A DNA stretch of 64,000 bases from Eledone cirrhosa (GCA_964016885.1 OZ024740.1:99510001-99574000); one strand, 5' to 3'. Shown: positions 11,611 through 26,485, numbered from the stretch's first letter. The notes: generated from the sequence alone by a model not told the origin. Translations and numbers: made by a program.

Positions 11611-12159
11611 ATAAGGAGATTTAGAGAGGTTGAAGAGTTTCAGTCACTGTTATTGATGCTATTAGTGATATAAAAGAAACGTGAAAGTGGAAACATGCAA
11701 TTTTGAGAAAATTGAAAGTACAGAAGATTCTGGAATGGGAGGGACCTCCATCAATTGTAACGATGAATGTTCCAGTTGTTCAACTAATAGAATACCTACT
11801 TGTGAAATTAATCTGCAAGTGACTGCATATTCCACAAACATTTCAGCATGACTCAGTTTATGATAAGGTTCAATGTTTAAAATATAGGTACAGTCCACCC
11901 AAAAAGCTTTCACTCACAAGACTTTGGAAACCTCGATGTTATTACAATTAACACTGTCCCAAGATTCCACAAACTAAGATCGAACTCACAGCCTTATGAT
12001 TTTGGAGCCAAATTGAATTACAGATTGAGTCTATCAGATGAGCTTCCAAATAGTTTCTCTTTAGACAATTTCACTTGCAAATCATGGCTGATCTGAGATT
12101 ATGATAAATGACAGTTGTCTTAAATTCTGGCTGGATCCCCAAGTGAGACCAGTCAAGCT

Positions 12160-12790
12160 TATGAATGTTATCCAACCCTCTTCCTCGGGGGACTACTGGC
12201 TAGATATAATTAGGATTTTCTCAACAAAGTTCTGTAGCTCTGATACTGTAGATTTGGATGGAGAATGGAAACTCCACTATTCATGTGTGGCACCAGAAAT
12301 GACCACACAAGGGAGAGTGGGGATACTCACAAGCCACCAGCTGTCAGAATGTTTTATGGACTGAATCCTATGAGGAAGGAAGATTTGCCTCTTGAAGCTT
12401 AGGCTAAAAGATAGGTCTCTGTGGGTGGTGTAATATTACACACCAAACAAGGAGTCCAAATACAGATCCTTCCTTAATGAAGTCAATGCAGAGTTAGATG
12501 TGGTTAAGACTGAGTCATATATCATAATGGGAGACTTCAATGCACATGTTGACACTGACCACCTGACATGGAAAGGAGTGATGGGAAGGAATGATGACCC
12601 TAATCTAAATATGAATGAAGAGGCCTTACTAGACTACAGTTCTTGCAATGAACTCTCTATTATGAACAACTTCTTCCAGCAGAGAGACATCCATAAATGT
12701 ACATGGTATAAGGGGAATCAGGGAGAGATGAATGATTGATTTTGTTATTGTCTCTGATGTTCGTATTAAGAGAAGGGCTCTCTGAATCTG
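12160..12790 (+). mobile_element. RTE-clade LINE fragment (AP endonuclease)
   Basis: IIMGDFNAHV...NELSIMNNFFQQRDIHKCTWY...MIDFVIVS are APE motifs; upstream GEWKLHYS...GVGILTS. Confidence 0.8.
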
Positions 12791-12981
12791 CAGATCTAAA
12801 ATCAAAATTGACTCCAGCCATGTATTATCTAATGTGTCATTTCTTTGTTTAAATAGTAGAATATGATTTGAGATATGCTGCATGTATAGCATGTAGAGGC
12901 TTCTTTATTAGCTACTTGCCACCTATGTCAAATGAGTGTAGATGGTGTTGTCTTATATAATATACAAGTATATATATAAGT

Positions 12982-13262
12982 GAAGGTGCATGGCCTAACG
13001 GTAAGGGTGTTATACTTATGATCATAATGTTGTGGGTTCAATTCCTGGACTGGGTTGAGTGTTGTGTTCTTGAGCAAAACAATTCATTTCATGCTGTTCC
13101 AGTATACTCAGCTGAAAATGCATACCAACAATAGCTGGCGGGGGTGAACACTACAATGGATTGGCATCCTGTCCAGAGAGGAGTCTTGTACTCTCAATCA
13201 CTTCATGGGATAAGCACCAGCCTGATGAGGTTCCAAGCTCAAAACAGACTTTGAAATTTAGA
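12982..13262 (+). mobile_element. tRNA-derived SINE, family B (CORE-like)
   Basis: A-box TGGCCTAACGG, B-box GGTTCAATTCC, GTGTTCTTGAGCAAAACA core-like block and tail GATAAGCACCAGCCTGATGAG...AGACTTT; related copies at 21505 and 40895. Confidence 0.7.
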
Positions 13263-14214
13263 CTATATACGGTAACACATTACCCGATTTATTAGGATGT
13301 TGGATAGATTACATTGCAGTATTTGTTCTAGGTCTCTGCACTCCGAAATCAAATCCTGCCATGGTTAAATTTCCCTTTCATCAACTAAAGTATATAGTTT
13401 CGATCTACCAAATTCCCTTGCAAACTAGGTGTCAGACTAGGTGACACTTGCCCAACTTTCTACACAGGGGAACTGTATTCAAAGGCATGTAGTTCTGAAG
13501 CAAACTTCTTGGCAAACTTCTTGGCAAAAATACTAATGCTAAACTTGCACCTAAATAGCCATGCCTGCACCCACAATGTTATAATTTAACTTTGTTGGCA
13601 ACAATCCACTGAAAATCATCTCTGGTTTCATGATACAAAACCTCTTATTCTGCAATGTTTATATATAAATGAAAACACTTCATCATTATTTTAAGTATTA
13701 ACTTTTAATTTAGTTATGAAGTTCTGAAGTAAACTTCTTTACCACAGAACCATGCCTGCACCCATATCCACAAAAACTCTAAAAACATACAACTCTCTGG
13801 CACAATTACTTTCGTGCAGCACAACTCAGATAAACCACTTGGGGGTTAATTGATTTATTTATATGACAATCAGCTTAATTTTTGATTCAATATTTACTTT
13901 TCTCACCTTGTTCTTTTGTTTGTATTGTCAAATTACTGTCTACTATCAATAAAGAAATTAGCTTGTCTTTTAAGTTATGATATAGAAGTAATTGTGCCTA
14001 AGAATAGTTGTATGTATCTGGTTTAGAATAAGTACATCATATTCTCTAGTGTTGTAAGAGAGGACTAAAAGGACATCCAGCTATAAATCATTGCCTCAAA
14101 ATGAAGGTGAAAAGACCTTTGTAGGACACTATTTAGCAAGAAAATAGCATTAAAATACTTGTTGTTCAGTTGTTGAATATTATATTATCATTACTTTTGG
14201 TGTAATGGTTGTGG

Positions 14215-14420
14215 TTTGGCAGAATCATTAGAACATCAGATGAAAGGCTATGTGAAATTGTTCCAGTTCTTTCAGTTCCGTGTTCGAACCTGCCATGGTC
14301 TTCTTTGTCTTTCACCCTTCTTGGATCAATAAAATAAAGTACCAGTCCACCAGTAGATCGATGTAATTGACATATCCGTCACTCCAAATTGCAGGCTCTA
14401 TGTCTAAATAGTAAACCATT
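14215..14420 (+). mobile_element. SINE family A (diverged)
   Basis: TGGCAGAATCATTAGA head and CTTTCACCCTTCTTGGATCAATAAAATAAAGTACCAG core. Confidence 0.7.
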
Positions 14421-16434
14421 TTTATTTTGGTTTAATCCATGGTCAGCCCTGATTGAGCAAAACTATGAAAGCATTTTAGCCATGACTTTCATATCTTTTT
14501 CTAAGAAATAGTGTGTCAGACTAGATTATACATTCTTTTTTCAAGTCAGTAGTGTATGGTTTGAAAGAGGTTTGTTTGCCACTTCTAGCAAGTTGTGTAA
14601 ACATATAGAAGCTCTTCATTTGTACTTTAGGGCCAGGTGAATCTTGACTAAGCAAACCATTTATCAAAGCAATTCAATTCATGGGTATCCTGACGTTTTT
14701 GTATATAAGGGACTATAGGCTCAAATGTGTTACTCTCCTTTTAAGGCATTAACGTGCAATTGCTAGAGTATGTTGCCTTTTGATATCATAGTTAAAACTA
14801 AATTTAGTTTGTTAGTATCTTCTTTCTACTTTAACAATCTCTAAATTACTACAATTAAAAAAATGTTAAGTCTGTCTTGAGTAAACCCTCTAAAGTGGTT
14901 GATGATAGGAAAGGCATCTCCTTGGTGTTGTTTACTAAGAATTCTACTTAAGCAACTACATAGAGGCTTGATTTTTGCTTCCAATTTCTGCTGTTTATAT
15001 AACTTGGTAAATATTCAAAATAGTATTAGCAAAACTACGTTGTTGCATAGTATGTCATTCATCATTATTATGAAGTTACTATTTATTCAGACAACTTAGT
15101 AACAATATTAACCATTGTTGTATGAAGCAACTATAAGTAATCTGTATACCAAAGATTTTATTTGTGAAATGCTTGATATTATTGCTGTTAGTATTTGTTT
15201 AATATATGGCAATAATATATTGAGGAAAACTGTCCTCAGTCAACATTAATTCAATTCAGCAGATTATGACAACAATCCATGATACATAATTGAATATGTT
15301 TCATCCATGTTTGACTGATGTTACTCACCAACAGCGAATACTAGTCATTAAATGTGTCATTGTACACATGCTAACCTTGCTAGATATAGCAACTAAATTA
15401 TTTTATTACACTCTTCCATCTCAAACAAAGAATACCATATTGGATAGTGTTTATTCAGGTTTATTGGAGCTTATGTCATATCTCAGTGGGTGATTGAAAA
15501 ATTTCAGGAGGCACACAGAAATAGGGGAGCATGACGAATTATGCAATGGAGTCATAGTCAATGTAGAAAATAGTGATTATTATTATATATAAGCTACATA
15601 ATAAGATAGCTGCAGTTGATAACATCCATCTTCCTCATAACAGTGATTGGTGTAGCTTGGTGGCTGGTTTAACAGATGTGCATAAAGCTGGAAAAACATG
15701 CATGATCTAAACCATCCTTAAATGGTAAGGTAGAGTGTCTGAAGATGAGTAGAAATGTATGCTTTGTGTCTGGCTTGTGTTCAAATTTGGTTTGGATTTT
15801 CTGGATGTATTTAATTACAGGTTAGGGCAATTGACAGCCTTAGTTGCATACAATGTGTCTTGAAAATATAATGAGATAATCAAGGCTGGAACACTTTTGA
15901 TCATATATCTACTCAATCAAAATAACCTGGGGCTAAACAACAAAAACAACCAACAGAAGACTTGTTTAGTTATACATAGCCAGAATTACTCATTCTAATT
16001 CTCATTTCAACAGTAAAGATTTATAAACAATATATACAGCTATGTATTGGAAGAATTGGTAGAGTTATGAGCAAAATGTTTTGAGCATTTAGTTGTGTAT
16101 CTTTATGTTCTATGTTCAAATCCCAATGTCATCAACTGATTATTTGTGTCAATATAGATGACTACATCAAATTTGGGGTTTGGGGTTTATTTTAGATATC
16201 AGACATGGCTGTGTATATAAAAAATTCACTTATCAACCATGTGATTTCGGCTTCAACCTCACTGTATGGTACATTGGACAAATGCTTTCTACTCTAGGTT
16301 CAGATTGACCAACGCCTTTTCAATGGAATTTAGTTGATGAAAAGTGTGTGAAATCTTATTCTATACATACATATCATCATCATTTAACATTCATTCTTCC
16401 ATGCTGGCAGGCGTTGGACAAATATATATTAAGG

Positions 16435-17675
16435 TAAGTAGAAAGGAAAATGGGGGCCATATCCCCTCAGAGAAATGGCCTTGCCCAGTGTGTTGGAAAG
16501 GAGTAGGTAGAAATTATATCCTGTATCCCAAATGCAAAATATGGGTACAAAAGATATGCAGTGGGATCTCAGGTAGGTTAGCTAATAATGTAGATTGTAT
16601 ATGTGGTTGCTGCCAGGAGCAGTAAGTAGCAAACACTCCCAGGAAACAAGCTCTATCAAATTCTTCAAAGGTTCCATAGAAACAGTGGACAGCTCTTGTT
16701 ACCTGGTTGACCAAGTTAGCAGTGGAAGTAGGTGTTCCAAAAGTATAGTAGCCAGAGTGAGAATGGGATGGAAAATGTTTAGGGAGCTATTACCACTGAT
16801 AGCTACAAACAGTTTTGACCACAAAATAAAAAGTAGATTGTATGATGTATCTATATGAACAGCAATGCTGCATGGTAGTGAGAACTGGGCACTGTGTGCA
16901 GTGTAGGAGATTGTATTGATATGGACATGTGATGCATATGAAGGATGACAGCTGTATAAAAATGTTCAGGGCACTCAAAGTTTATGAAAGCTATTGAGTA
17001 GGAAGACTTGGGATGAGTTGATAAAATCTAACTTTGCACAATTGCACATCTCAAAGGAGATGACACATGATTAAGATCACTGGCGTTATGCAGTAATGCA
17101 GAAGACCCACCTTCCCGAGTACAGAGGTTGAAGCATACATCTAATATGCACCACTTTACAACAATTCCCCTCCACTTCCAAACACCCCCCATGTTCTATC
17201 ACCCAATCCTTCATCCACATCTGCAACCTTCACCAGATAAGTGCCCCACCCTAGATCTACCTCTCAAAATCCTCATGTGCTTCCCTCACGTCACCCCAGC
17301 CTCCAGTCCACATTCTAAAGTGATCATTTTGGTTCCACAATAAAAAAAGTGCCCCATTCTCACTCTAAAGTGGTCATCTAGGTGACATGACAAAAAGTCC
17401 CCAGTCTATACAATAAATTGGTCATGTAGGTATCCCAACAAAAATCCCCCAACCCACACTGTAAAGGGGTAATTTTGGTACCACGATAAAAATCACTCAG
17501 TACATACTGTAAATGTGGATGGTGTTAGGAATGGCATCCAGCTGTAGAAACCAAACTAGAATCAGTTATGTATGAGCAAGACATAGTCATCTGATCTGGC
17601 TTGTCTCACAATGGGTCAACTCGACTATCCCATGCTAGCGCAGAGAAATAGACATTAAACAGTGATGATGATATA
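16435..17675 (+). mobile_element. Decayed RTE LINE 3' portion (PHD-bearing family) with internal deletion
   Basis: KWPCPVCWKGVGRN...CSGISGRL and ETVDSSCYL...ARVRMGWKMFRELLPL are homologous to 58080-58890; 3' UTR has ~50-bp tandem units (17300-17520) and a (GAT)n tail. Confidence 0.85.
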
Positions 17676-17867
17676 ATTATTAATGCCAGTTACTAAAAAG
17701 GTGCCATATCAGAAACATATATGATTTGATAGCTTGGAGGACCAACTTTTTCAGCCTGTGCCTTTGGAATTGAACCATTGTAGTAACTGTCTGGGCATTA
17801 ATAATCATATTAAAACTCATCCTACGGACTTGAGTTGCTCTCTACTGTGGATATCTCTACCAAGTTA

Positions 17868-18450
17868 TTATCATCATCATCATCATCATCAGGTTTAGCG
17901 TCCGTGTTCCACGCTTGCATGGGTTTGCACGGGAGTTTTCCCACTTGAGGCAAGAGTGGTTGTCTTGCTCGCATAGGACTGTCTGGCGGGTTTTCTACAG
18001 CTGGATGCCGTTCCTAACACCAACCACATTTACAGTGTGGGGCTGGGAAGTTTTTACCGTGTTGCCTACACGGCCACATTACAGCGTGGACTGTCTGGCG
18101 GGTTTTCTACAGCTGGATGCCCTTCCTAACACCAACCACATTTACAGTGTGGGGCTGGGAGGTTTTTACCGTGTTGCCTACACGGCCACATTTACAGCGT
18201 GGACTGTGTGTTTTTTTTTTGTCGTGACACCTACACGATCTCATTTGTTTCCGCCTGGATGTTGTGGGACCAACATAACTTTACATTGGAAGGGGCGGTG
18301 TGGATGGGGTGGAGGTGGTGGGACGGGGGTGTGTTTTGATAGAGATGCCTACTGACTGTAGTAGGTTTTTACTTTGTATTTAGGTAAGGCGGGTTTTCTC
18401 TATTACTGAGTACCGCCAAATGTCTCGGTCCAGTGACATTGTCTTGGAGA
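17868..18450 (-). mobile_element. RTE LINE 3' end (PHD-family-related) with ~110-bp internal tandem duplication
   Basis: Minus strand reads MSLDRDIWRYSVIEKTRLT*, then a 3' UTR with GGTGTTAGGAAGGGCATCCAGCTGTAGAAA twice and a (GAT)n tail (CAT repeats at 17868-17890). Confidence 0.8.
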
Positions 18451-18539
18451 TATATATATATATATATATATAATGAAAAATTGAACAGGGACAGAACAGA
18501 GAGGCAGTACGACAAATGTTTATTAAATTATATATATAT

Positions 18540-18880
18540 AGGGTAAAGGGTAGGGTAAAAGAACCCCTTAAGTCACGAGTGACCATGAGATTTGCACCTT
18601 CCGAGGCACAAGTCTAGGCAAATTTGTTTGTGGAAGACCAGCAGTCGCCCATACATACAAGTTATCCCTCTCCATTACATCGATGTTGTGTACCAGAAGG
18701 CAAAGGCCAATACAGCTTGCTACCAGTGACGTTGCAACACATTTCTACAGCTGAGTAAGCTGGAGTAACATGAAATAAAATATCTTGCTCAAGGACACAA
18801 TACAAAGCCAGGTCTGGGATCTGAACTCACAAACTCATGATTTTAAGCCCAATACTCTAACAACTAAGCCATGCGATTTC
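18540..18880 (-). mobile_element. tRNA-derived SINE (third family)
   Basis: Minus strand has a GCATGGCTTAGTTGTTAGAGT head, GAGTTCAGATCC B-box, GTGTCCTTGAGCAAGAT core and a tail ending in CTTTACCC-type repeats. Confidence 0.6.
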
Positions 18881-19269
18881 ACACACACTCACATATATAT
18901 ATAAATGATTAATTATATGTAATTGAATTATATATCATCATCATCATCATCATTATATATATATATACACACATATATATATATGATACAAACATTGATA
19001 GACACACATACACCACATAATAACCAGCTCTGCTTTTTTTTATGTCCTGTAACTTAGCAATTTGCCAGCAGAATCAATCAAATATGTAGCATATTTAAAA
19101 GTAAGTACCGGAGTCAATATAGTCAACTAAACCCTTCAGCATGGTTTGTCCAACCACTAAAGCCAGTAAAACAGTTAAAGAATGAAAGAATAAAACAATA
19201 TGCCCTAATAAAACCCCATGTGATAATTGGCATTGTCTCATTGCCATCGGCCTTTCCTCAATTCCTAGT

Positions 19270-19720
19270 ATTTCATTTCTTATTTTATTTTCTCATTTGA
19301 TGTGCTGCTATTTCTGGTAACAGAGAAGATTGATCCTTGCATTAAATATGCATCCACAGAAGTTACTACTGATAGTTGGAGTTAGGCATGGTTGAGATTG
19401 TTGAAGGTTTTGTCTATTGTTTTCATTTTTGCAAACTTTTGTTCAATCAGTTCTTTAGCAGGGAAAATGGTTTGATACCAGAATTTGTGATCCAAGATTT
19501 TCCAGTTGATGTTTGTCTTTTTCAAAGTTTATTTGAACTGATTTTTTTAATACAACAGTGGACATCTGCAAGGTCTTTATACAGAGCTAAGTTCACTGTA
19601 AAACATCTAGCAGGGAAGGTTAGTGTTAATCACACCTTGTACCCAGCTTATCTATCTGAGCTATTGTTTGATGATGGTGGCCTTGATGCTGTTGGCTTGA
19701 GCTTCAAGATCTGTTCTATA
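19270..19720 (-). mobile_element. Old RTE/BovB-like LINE C-terminal fragment
   Basis: Minus translation NSIKATIIKQ*LR*...NLPC*MFYSELSS...TLKKTNINWK resembles the RTE C-terminal SIE..I...QLRW.GH...LP...LYGEL pattern. Confidence 0.6.
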
Positions 19721-20344
19721 TAGCTTTGTAAAAAAGACCTTTTTAATCAGTATAGTGTAACTAAGATGTATAAAAATACACTAGCAATTTGGTTCTGTTG
19801 TATTTATGTATTATGGCTTAGTGAGAGGAAAAAGAACAGTACCTATAATTTTTCTACAGTCTTCAAAGCTAGTAGTAGGGAAGGGGTGAGGAAACCATGA
19901 TGCATAGGTTATTATTAAACAGAAGACTTGATCCCAAATGATTACAACAGAGTAGACTCCAGAAAAATAACACAAGTTTAAAATGACAATGTTGAATATG
20001 CTGAACATGCTGATAGACTATGTCTTCCACACAGGAACTCATCCAAAGCACCCATTGGGCTTTCACATAGTTTTCATTTACTAAATTTCACTTACAAGAT
20101 TTAGGTTGAGTCAAACCTAGGGTAGAAGTCGTTTCACCAATGTGTCATATAGGGGGTTGGAACAACAGCCATATGATTGTACAATAAACTACATAACCAC
20201 GCATCTTTGCCTATACTTGAACTGTGATTTTGTTGAGCATACATTTCTAACTAACACCTAAATATTATCCATGTTTTATGTACGTCCTCTCTGGCAAGAT
20301 TTAAATTTAGAATGTAAAGCTGTTCCATTATATATCAGTATGCC

Positions 20345-20550
20345 AGTGAATTGGCGGAATCATTAGAGCATCGGACAACATACTTTGTGGTATTTAGCTA
20401 TGATTTGTCTTCTGAGCTCAAATCCAGCTGAGGTTAGCTTTGCCTTTCATCCTTATGGGCTCAATAAAATAAAGTACCAGTAACTCGGTGGGAATTATTT
20501 AATCAAATTTCCCCAAATTCCTGGCCTTGTGCCAAAAGTAGAAACAATTA
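20345..20550 (+). mobile_element. SINE family A
   Basis: TGGCGGAATCATTAGAG head, GGTTAGCTTTGCCTTTCATCC core and GGCCTTGTGCCAAAAGTAGAAAC tail. Confidence 0.8.
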
Positions 20551-21504
20551 CATATCATGAGACATTGTCAGATTCTAAAGAATAATAAAGTAAAAACAAA
20601 AACATTATACATGTAATGAAAGGATAAAGGATCTATTTAAGATAAAGATGTTTATCAAACCGCATATAAAATAATTATTTCAATACTTATCTAGTCATAC
20701 ATGCTAATGCAACTATATTTCCTTACCTTTTATGCATACACCTTCTTTTGTGTTTTAGAATTAACATATATTTAACTTCTTGTCTTATTCATAAATTTAT
20801 ATATGAAATGTAAATGTGAGCATGCAGGTGTGAATATATTTATTGAAGTATAATCATGATGTTGAAAACACGATTAACCTATTTTATTGTATAATATTTT
20901 TAGTAGACTTTCAATTTTATATGTTGACAACATTATTGAAAGCAAGTACTTAGTGGAATCATTAGAGAAAATTACCTTATTCTATTTCTTATGACAGTTT
21001 ATGTTCTGAGTTCTAACCTTGCCAAAATCGATTTTACATTTTATTCTCTAGGGTGGATAAAATAAACCACCGGTCAAGTACTGGGGTTGATTTAATCAAC
21101 ATTACTCATCCCTTAAATTGCTGGTTTTGTGCCTAAATCAGAGACCATTATCAATGAATCATTAAATATGCTCACATTTTAACAATGATATCAACATTTA
21201 AGGTGTTCTGGTTTATCATCAAGACTTAGTTATATAATTAGTGAATGTAACTGTGATTTCTTGCATAAATGCTGTTAGTCGTATCTGATATTGTTTGAAA
21301 TTCTTTTATCCTTTTTACCTCTTTGGACTTGTAAAAAATGACAGCAGCCATAACCCATTATTTTTGAGAGCCTTTAAGACTGGTAAGAGGAAGGGAAGAT
21401 GTTATCTTCAAACCAAAGACCTGACCCAAATACTTGCTCTAGAGGAAACTCTATTAATGGTCCAAAGGGTGGTGTTGAATAGGGCAAAATATAAAGTCTA
21501 GTGG

Positions 21505-21760
21505 GAAGGGTGTTGAGTTCGATTCCTGGGTGGGTCGTGTGTTGTGTTCTTGAGCAAAACAATTCATTTCATAATTCACCAGAATACTCAACTGAAAATG
21601 AGTACCAGAAACACCAGGGAATTTAAACCTGCAATGGACTGGCATCTTTTCCAGGAGGGGGGGGGGGGGGGTCTTCTACTCTCAGTCACTTTATGCCACA
21701 GAAACAAAGATAAGCACTGGCCTGAGGAGACTCCAGACTTGAGAGAGATTTTAGTCTAGA
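21505..21760 (+). mobile_element. SINE family B
   Basis: GAGTTCGATTCC, GTGTTCTTGAGCAAAACAATTCATTTCA and GATAAGCACTGGCCTGA tail, as at 12982. Confidence 0.7.
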
Positions 21761-23584
21761 AAAACTTCAGAACAGCACGGAGGAGGAACATATACTGCAA
21801 GCTATCTAGATGAATGCTCTGACAATCCCACCAATCTACCACCTTGGACTGGTAATTTATTTACCAGCCCTAAAAGAGTGAAAGGCAAAGTTGACCATGG
21901 CAAGATTTGAACTCAGAGCATAGAGAACCAAAATTACTTGTGCATGGCATTTTGAATATAATCCAACAACTCTGCTAAATTCACCTATAATTACTGCCAA
22001 AAGGTCATGCATGATATGATTGCTTGATACAAAGCTTTGTCTGTGATGCTTTATGTAGTGTTTTTGTTTCGTAAAAACAGAATTTGGCAGGTTTGTTCAT
22101 AATTTTGTCTATAATTTTATGAACAATTTTTCTTTTTAAATCAATACATGATAGTTATGTCATACCTCATATTATTAAATATCTTAGCAGACTACAACAA
22201 AGCATCTCATATTTAGAGCGCCATACTACACATACGCACACTCTTTTAAAATATATTTAAACATTAGGCAGGAAACTTTAAAATTAAAATGGCTTAGAGG
22301 AAATCAAGATTTCAAACAAATAAAATATTTCTTTCAGGAATTTCTAATTACATATGAGACCAAAAGTAAAAATAGTATATATCAATAAAATACAAAAAGG
22401 GCCAATTTTTCTGTTGCTGAGTTTGAATTAAATAAATTAATGTACCTTGTTTTAAGACACACAAGAATCATCTAAGATTATTATCTTACTGTACACCTTT
22501 AAGCTATCGGAATTTTATCTTGATTATGTTAAATCTAGTTGAGCCATGAAACCCTTTAATGTGGAAATATAAAGTAAAATTAAATTTATGATTAAAACCT
22601 ATAATATTCTAATCAGATAAATGATTAAAGAATAATATAAATATTTTCTCTATTTTTCAACAATATAAAAATTATAATATAATGCCAACAACCTAAGCAT
22701 GCAAACATCACCCATCATTTTGATTAAAATCTTCTGAGGTTAACCCTTTTATTCACCTTAGAAAAGAACATAAAATGGAAATAAATAATTTCAACTGCAT
22801 TTGAACTTATGTGTTTAATCATCATCATTACTATTAACATCAATAGAGTGGCTTAATATATGAGTGTGTATATATCTATTTGTGTGTACATACTTGCCTC
22901 TTTGCATGTAATCATTTCGTCTCCATACATAAATGAAATTTGAACAGAACATTAAACGATAAAGATATTCAACATTGAATGTATATTTTGAAAATTTTAT
23001 TTTAGGAAAAATGAGTTTTGATATATTTTCCTTTTCTCTTAATCAGATTGTTTATCTGATATTTCTAAGACAAAATTTCAGAGAAAGAATAGGAGAAAAC
23101 AAGATTTTCAAACTGATTGAAAGACTTTGAATTTCTTTTTCAACTCTGTTCAACAATATTCCTGAACAATGTACTTCAAAACAGTGTACTTTTGACTGAA
23201 AACGATATAGCATATATCCTTTTTGGTTTAACACAAGATATTTATCTTTTGAAATGTATAGAGATAAGCTGATAAAATTTTACAAAATAGAATTCACGAG
23301 AATGTCTGTCAGATAAAAAAAAAATAGAATTGTGCAGATAGATTTAATATCTGGTTGTCTTTACATTTATTATAAGTAGAGTAGTTTAAAGGAAAGGTTA
23401 TAAAAATAAACAAAAGATAATTTCTTTTTTATTTCTCTATATTTTTCTTTCTCTTCTTTAATCTTGTATGATTTCAATTTTGTATTTACTCCTGGTTAAA
23501 ACTACAATGGCAGCAAGGGCTTTGAAAACTTTCCTCAACATATATCTATACTTTTGATAAGGGGTTTATTAAAGAAATATAAAC

Positions 23585-23586
<2 letters not shown>

Positions 23587-23618
<32 letters not shown>

Positions 23619-23645
23619 GTTGTTATTGTTATTATTATTATTATC
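23587..23645. repeat. (TTA)n microsatellite
   Basis: About 19 TTA/TTG units. Confidence 0.95.
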
Positions 23646-24483
23646 ATTTCTCATCTACTTATTTAGAGCCAACACAGTTGCTGTTTCTTTGAGAAAAATG
23701 TTATCAGAATTCGATGTACATCAAAAATTGAAATTCTTATCTAATTTTCTACCATGACAAAGTTACTTGAGACAACTTTAAATATTTCTCCATGATAGGA
23801 TTTTGGTGACTTGATTTTTTTCTGTTTAATAAGTTCAGTGTCTCAAACAATCTTAATGTTTCTTTCCATTTTCCTATGACATTTTGAAAGAAAACCATTT
23901 TAATATTTTTATAAAGCACATGAAAGCTTATCCATGCAGGTAAAAAGGATTTTCAAAGAAATCTAATTTCAAATAAACTATTTTTAAAACAGGAAATACA
24001 TGTTCAATGTATTTGGAGTCATGTTTTGAATATGTTGGAATGGGAACATTTAGTGAAGAAAGCATGGAAATTTATTACTAACAACCTTCTCATGTAAGAA
24101 AATGTAATTCTTCATGGCCATTGAAAAAAAGAGATGTTTTGTTTTTAATCTTTTACCTGGTTTAGTCATTAGATTGCAGTCATGTTGGAGAACCACCTTG
24201 AAGTGATATAGCCAATCATATCAACCCCAATGCATGTTATTTTCAAGCCTGCTACTTGTGTTATTTCTCTTTGCTTATTTCTCTTTTTGTCGTTATTATT
24301 AGGTTGGTGGATTGGCAGTATCGGTGGAGCATCAAACACCTTTCTTCCCTACATAGAGTTACGGCCCTTTGCGTTCTGATTTCAAATTCTTCTGAGGGTA
24401 GCTTTGACTTTCGTCGTTACTGGGGATTATGTGTATCTTGTTACTCCTTATCTTTGCTATTGCCACCCTACACTGAAAGTAAT

Positions 24484-26485
24484 TTTCTTCTTCTTCTTCT
24501 TCTTCTTCTTCTTCTTCTTCTTCCTGAGAGGTTCATGGGGGCAGAGTCCTCAAACATTCCTTCAAGTGGGTCCTGTCAGAAGCAACTGTCTCCAACGGAT
24601 CTGATTAGATTCTCAAATGAGATTAGCCAAGCTCACAGATGTTATCCAACCATCTTACTCAGGATCTACCTCTGGGTCACCTGCCAGTTGGTTTTGCTCA
24701 TAAAATCTGTCCAGCGATTCTTTCCTGAGACATTCTAACCACATGCCCATAGTATCGGAGCTGTGATCTCTCAATTCGGAGAAGCAGTAGCTATACTTTA
24801 GGGAGGTTTCTGATCACAGAGCTATGTACCCTATCGAGTAACATTTTTCTAAAACCGTTCAGAGGAAGCCCATTTTAGCTACTTATATTTGTGATCGTAT
24901 TCTTTCAGTCATTACGCAAGATTCATGACCATATGTGATGGCTGGCTTAAATACCAAATTGATGAAAGAGAGTTTGGCATTTACACCGGGCTCCTTTCAT
25001 CTGATTGCCATATGCTGAAGCTGGTGCATTACTGCAGCAGCTCCTGCAATGCTTGCACTTAATTCAGCCTCTTGCCTTTCATGAACATGGGTTTGAGATA
25101 CTTGAACTTCTACCCCTGCTTCAGTGGAACTCTATTCACATGTAGAGTGCACTGCACAGGTTTCCTTGAAAGGATGAGTGTCTCAGTTTTTGCAGCACTG
25201 AATTGCATTCCAGCTCTGCAGCATTCAGCATCAAACCTATCAAATGCAAGTTGAAGATTACCTACTGTTGAGTTAAGTAACGCCATGTCATCTGTGAATT
25301 CCAGCTGACTGATTTTACACCTGCCAGTGAATACACCACTTCCAAACCAGCTGTATATGTCAATCCTGTTCATGTAAATAATTAACAGGAGATGTGAGAG
25401 TATGCACCTTTGGTGGAGTCTAACTTGCACATTGAATAGTTTCAACTTAGCACCATTTATCCAAACACAAACACTTCACCATTTGTATAGAGACATCGGG
25501 CAGCAAGAAGCTGACCTTTATTCTCACTCTTGCACAACGTTCCACAGCAGGTCTCACGGAATATGGCCATGTGCTTTTTCAAGGTCGACAAAAAAAATAA
25601 TATACCTGTCGGCAATACTACCACGATTTTTCAAAGACCTGCCGCAGTGTGAATATTTGGTCAGCTGTGCTGTATCTGTGGCAAAAGGCACACTGTTCAA
25701 CAGCTAGCTTGGACTCAACATTCTCCGTGCATCTATTTGCCAGACTCTTAGCATAGACTTTACTGGGGAGGCTTAACAAGGAGATCCCTCTGTAATTCGA
25801 AGAATATCTCATCTCACTTTTGGAAAATTGGGATTATCAGCCCTGATTGCTATTGTTTAGTTGGATTTCCACACATCCAAGCCACCTAGTACACATGAGT
25901 CAGGCAGAGAATACCTTCTCTATTTATGGCTTTTAACATCTCAGGCTAAATTTCATCTTCCCTAGTTGCCTTGCCACATTGAACTCTTTAACTCCTCTTG
26001 TGACCTCAGCCTCTGAGAGATGAGTCAGTGCTTCCAGATGCACCTTTTTTCACATACAAAGATCCTGTTGTGATCATGTTTAGGAGATCAGCAAAGTATT
26101 CTCTCCACCTCATATGGTTGCACATCACATGATCGCAGGTGTGGAGGAGGGCTTCTTGATTTGAAGTCGGCGGATGGTCTTCCAGAACAATTTATTTGTT
26201 AATCTGGAGTTGAATTCCAGATTAACTCAAAAGCCACCCTTGTCTTAATTTTGGATGCCTTAACTGTCTCTGGTGCAATTCTTCATTTCTGCTTGTAGTG
26301 CAAGTACAAGAAGATGGACTTATTTCCTAGTCATGCCACCCAGCGCCACACCAAACCTCTTTCACCCACAGCATTTTACAGCTGAAGCTGAAACTGCCAT
26401 GTTGAATAATCTCTACTCTGTCTCAACATCCTGAGTTTTCTAAGCGAGTTCCCTGAATTTGGATGCAATAGTATCTGCATACCAG
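24484..26485 (-). mobile_element. Decayed RTE-clade LINE (second family, (GAA)n tail)
   Basis: NYRGISLLSLPSKVYAK...QCAF...STADQIFTLRQVFEKSW, LHQRCILSHLL and LEFTDDMALL (FADD-like); 3' (GAA)n tail at 24484-24523. Confidence 0.88.

Noticed and set aside
13215-13252. Hammerhead-ribozyme-like CTGATGAG...CTCAAAAC in the SINE family B tail
   Set aside because: The other copies read CTCGAGAC (40905-40935) and CTTGAGAG rather than CGAAAC, and no stem I/III with an NUH site could be built; it is treated as an ordinary SINE tail.
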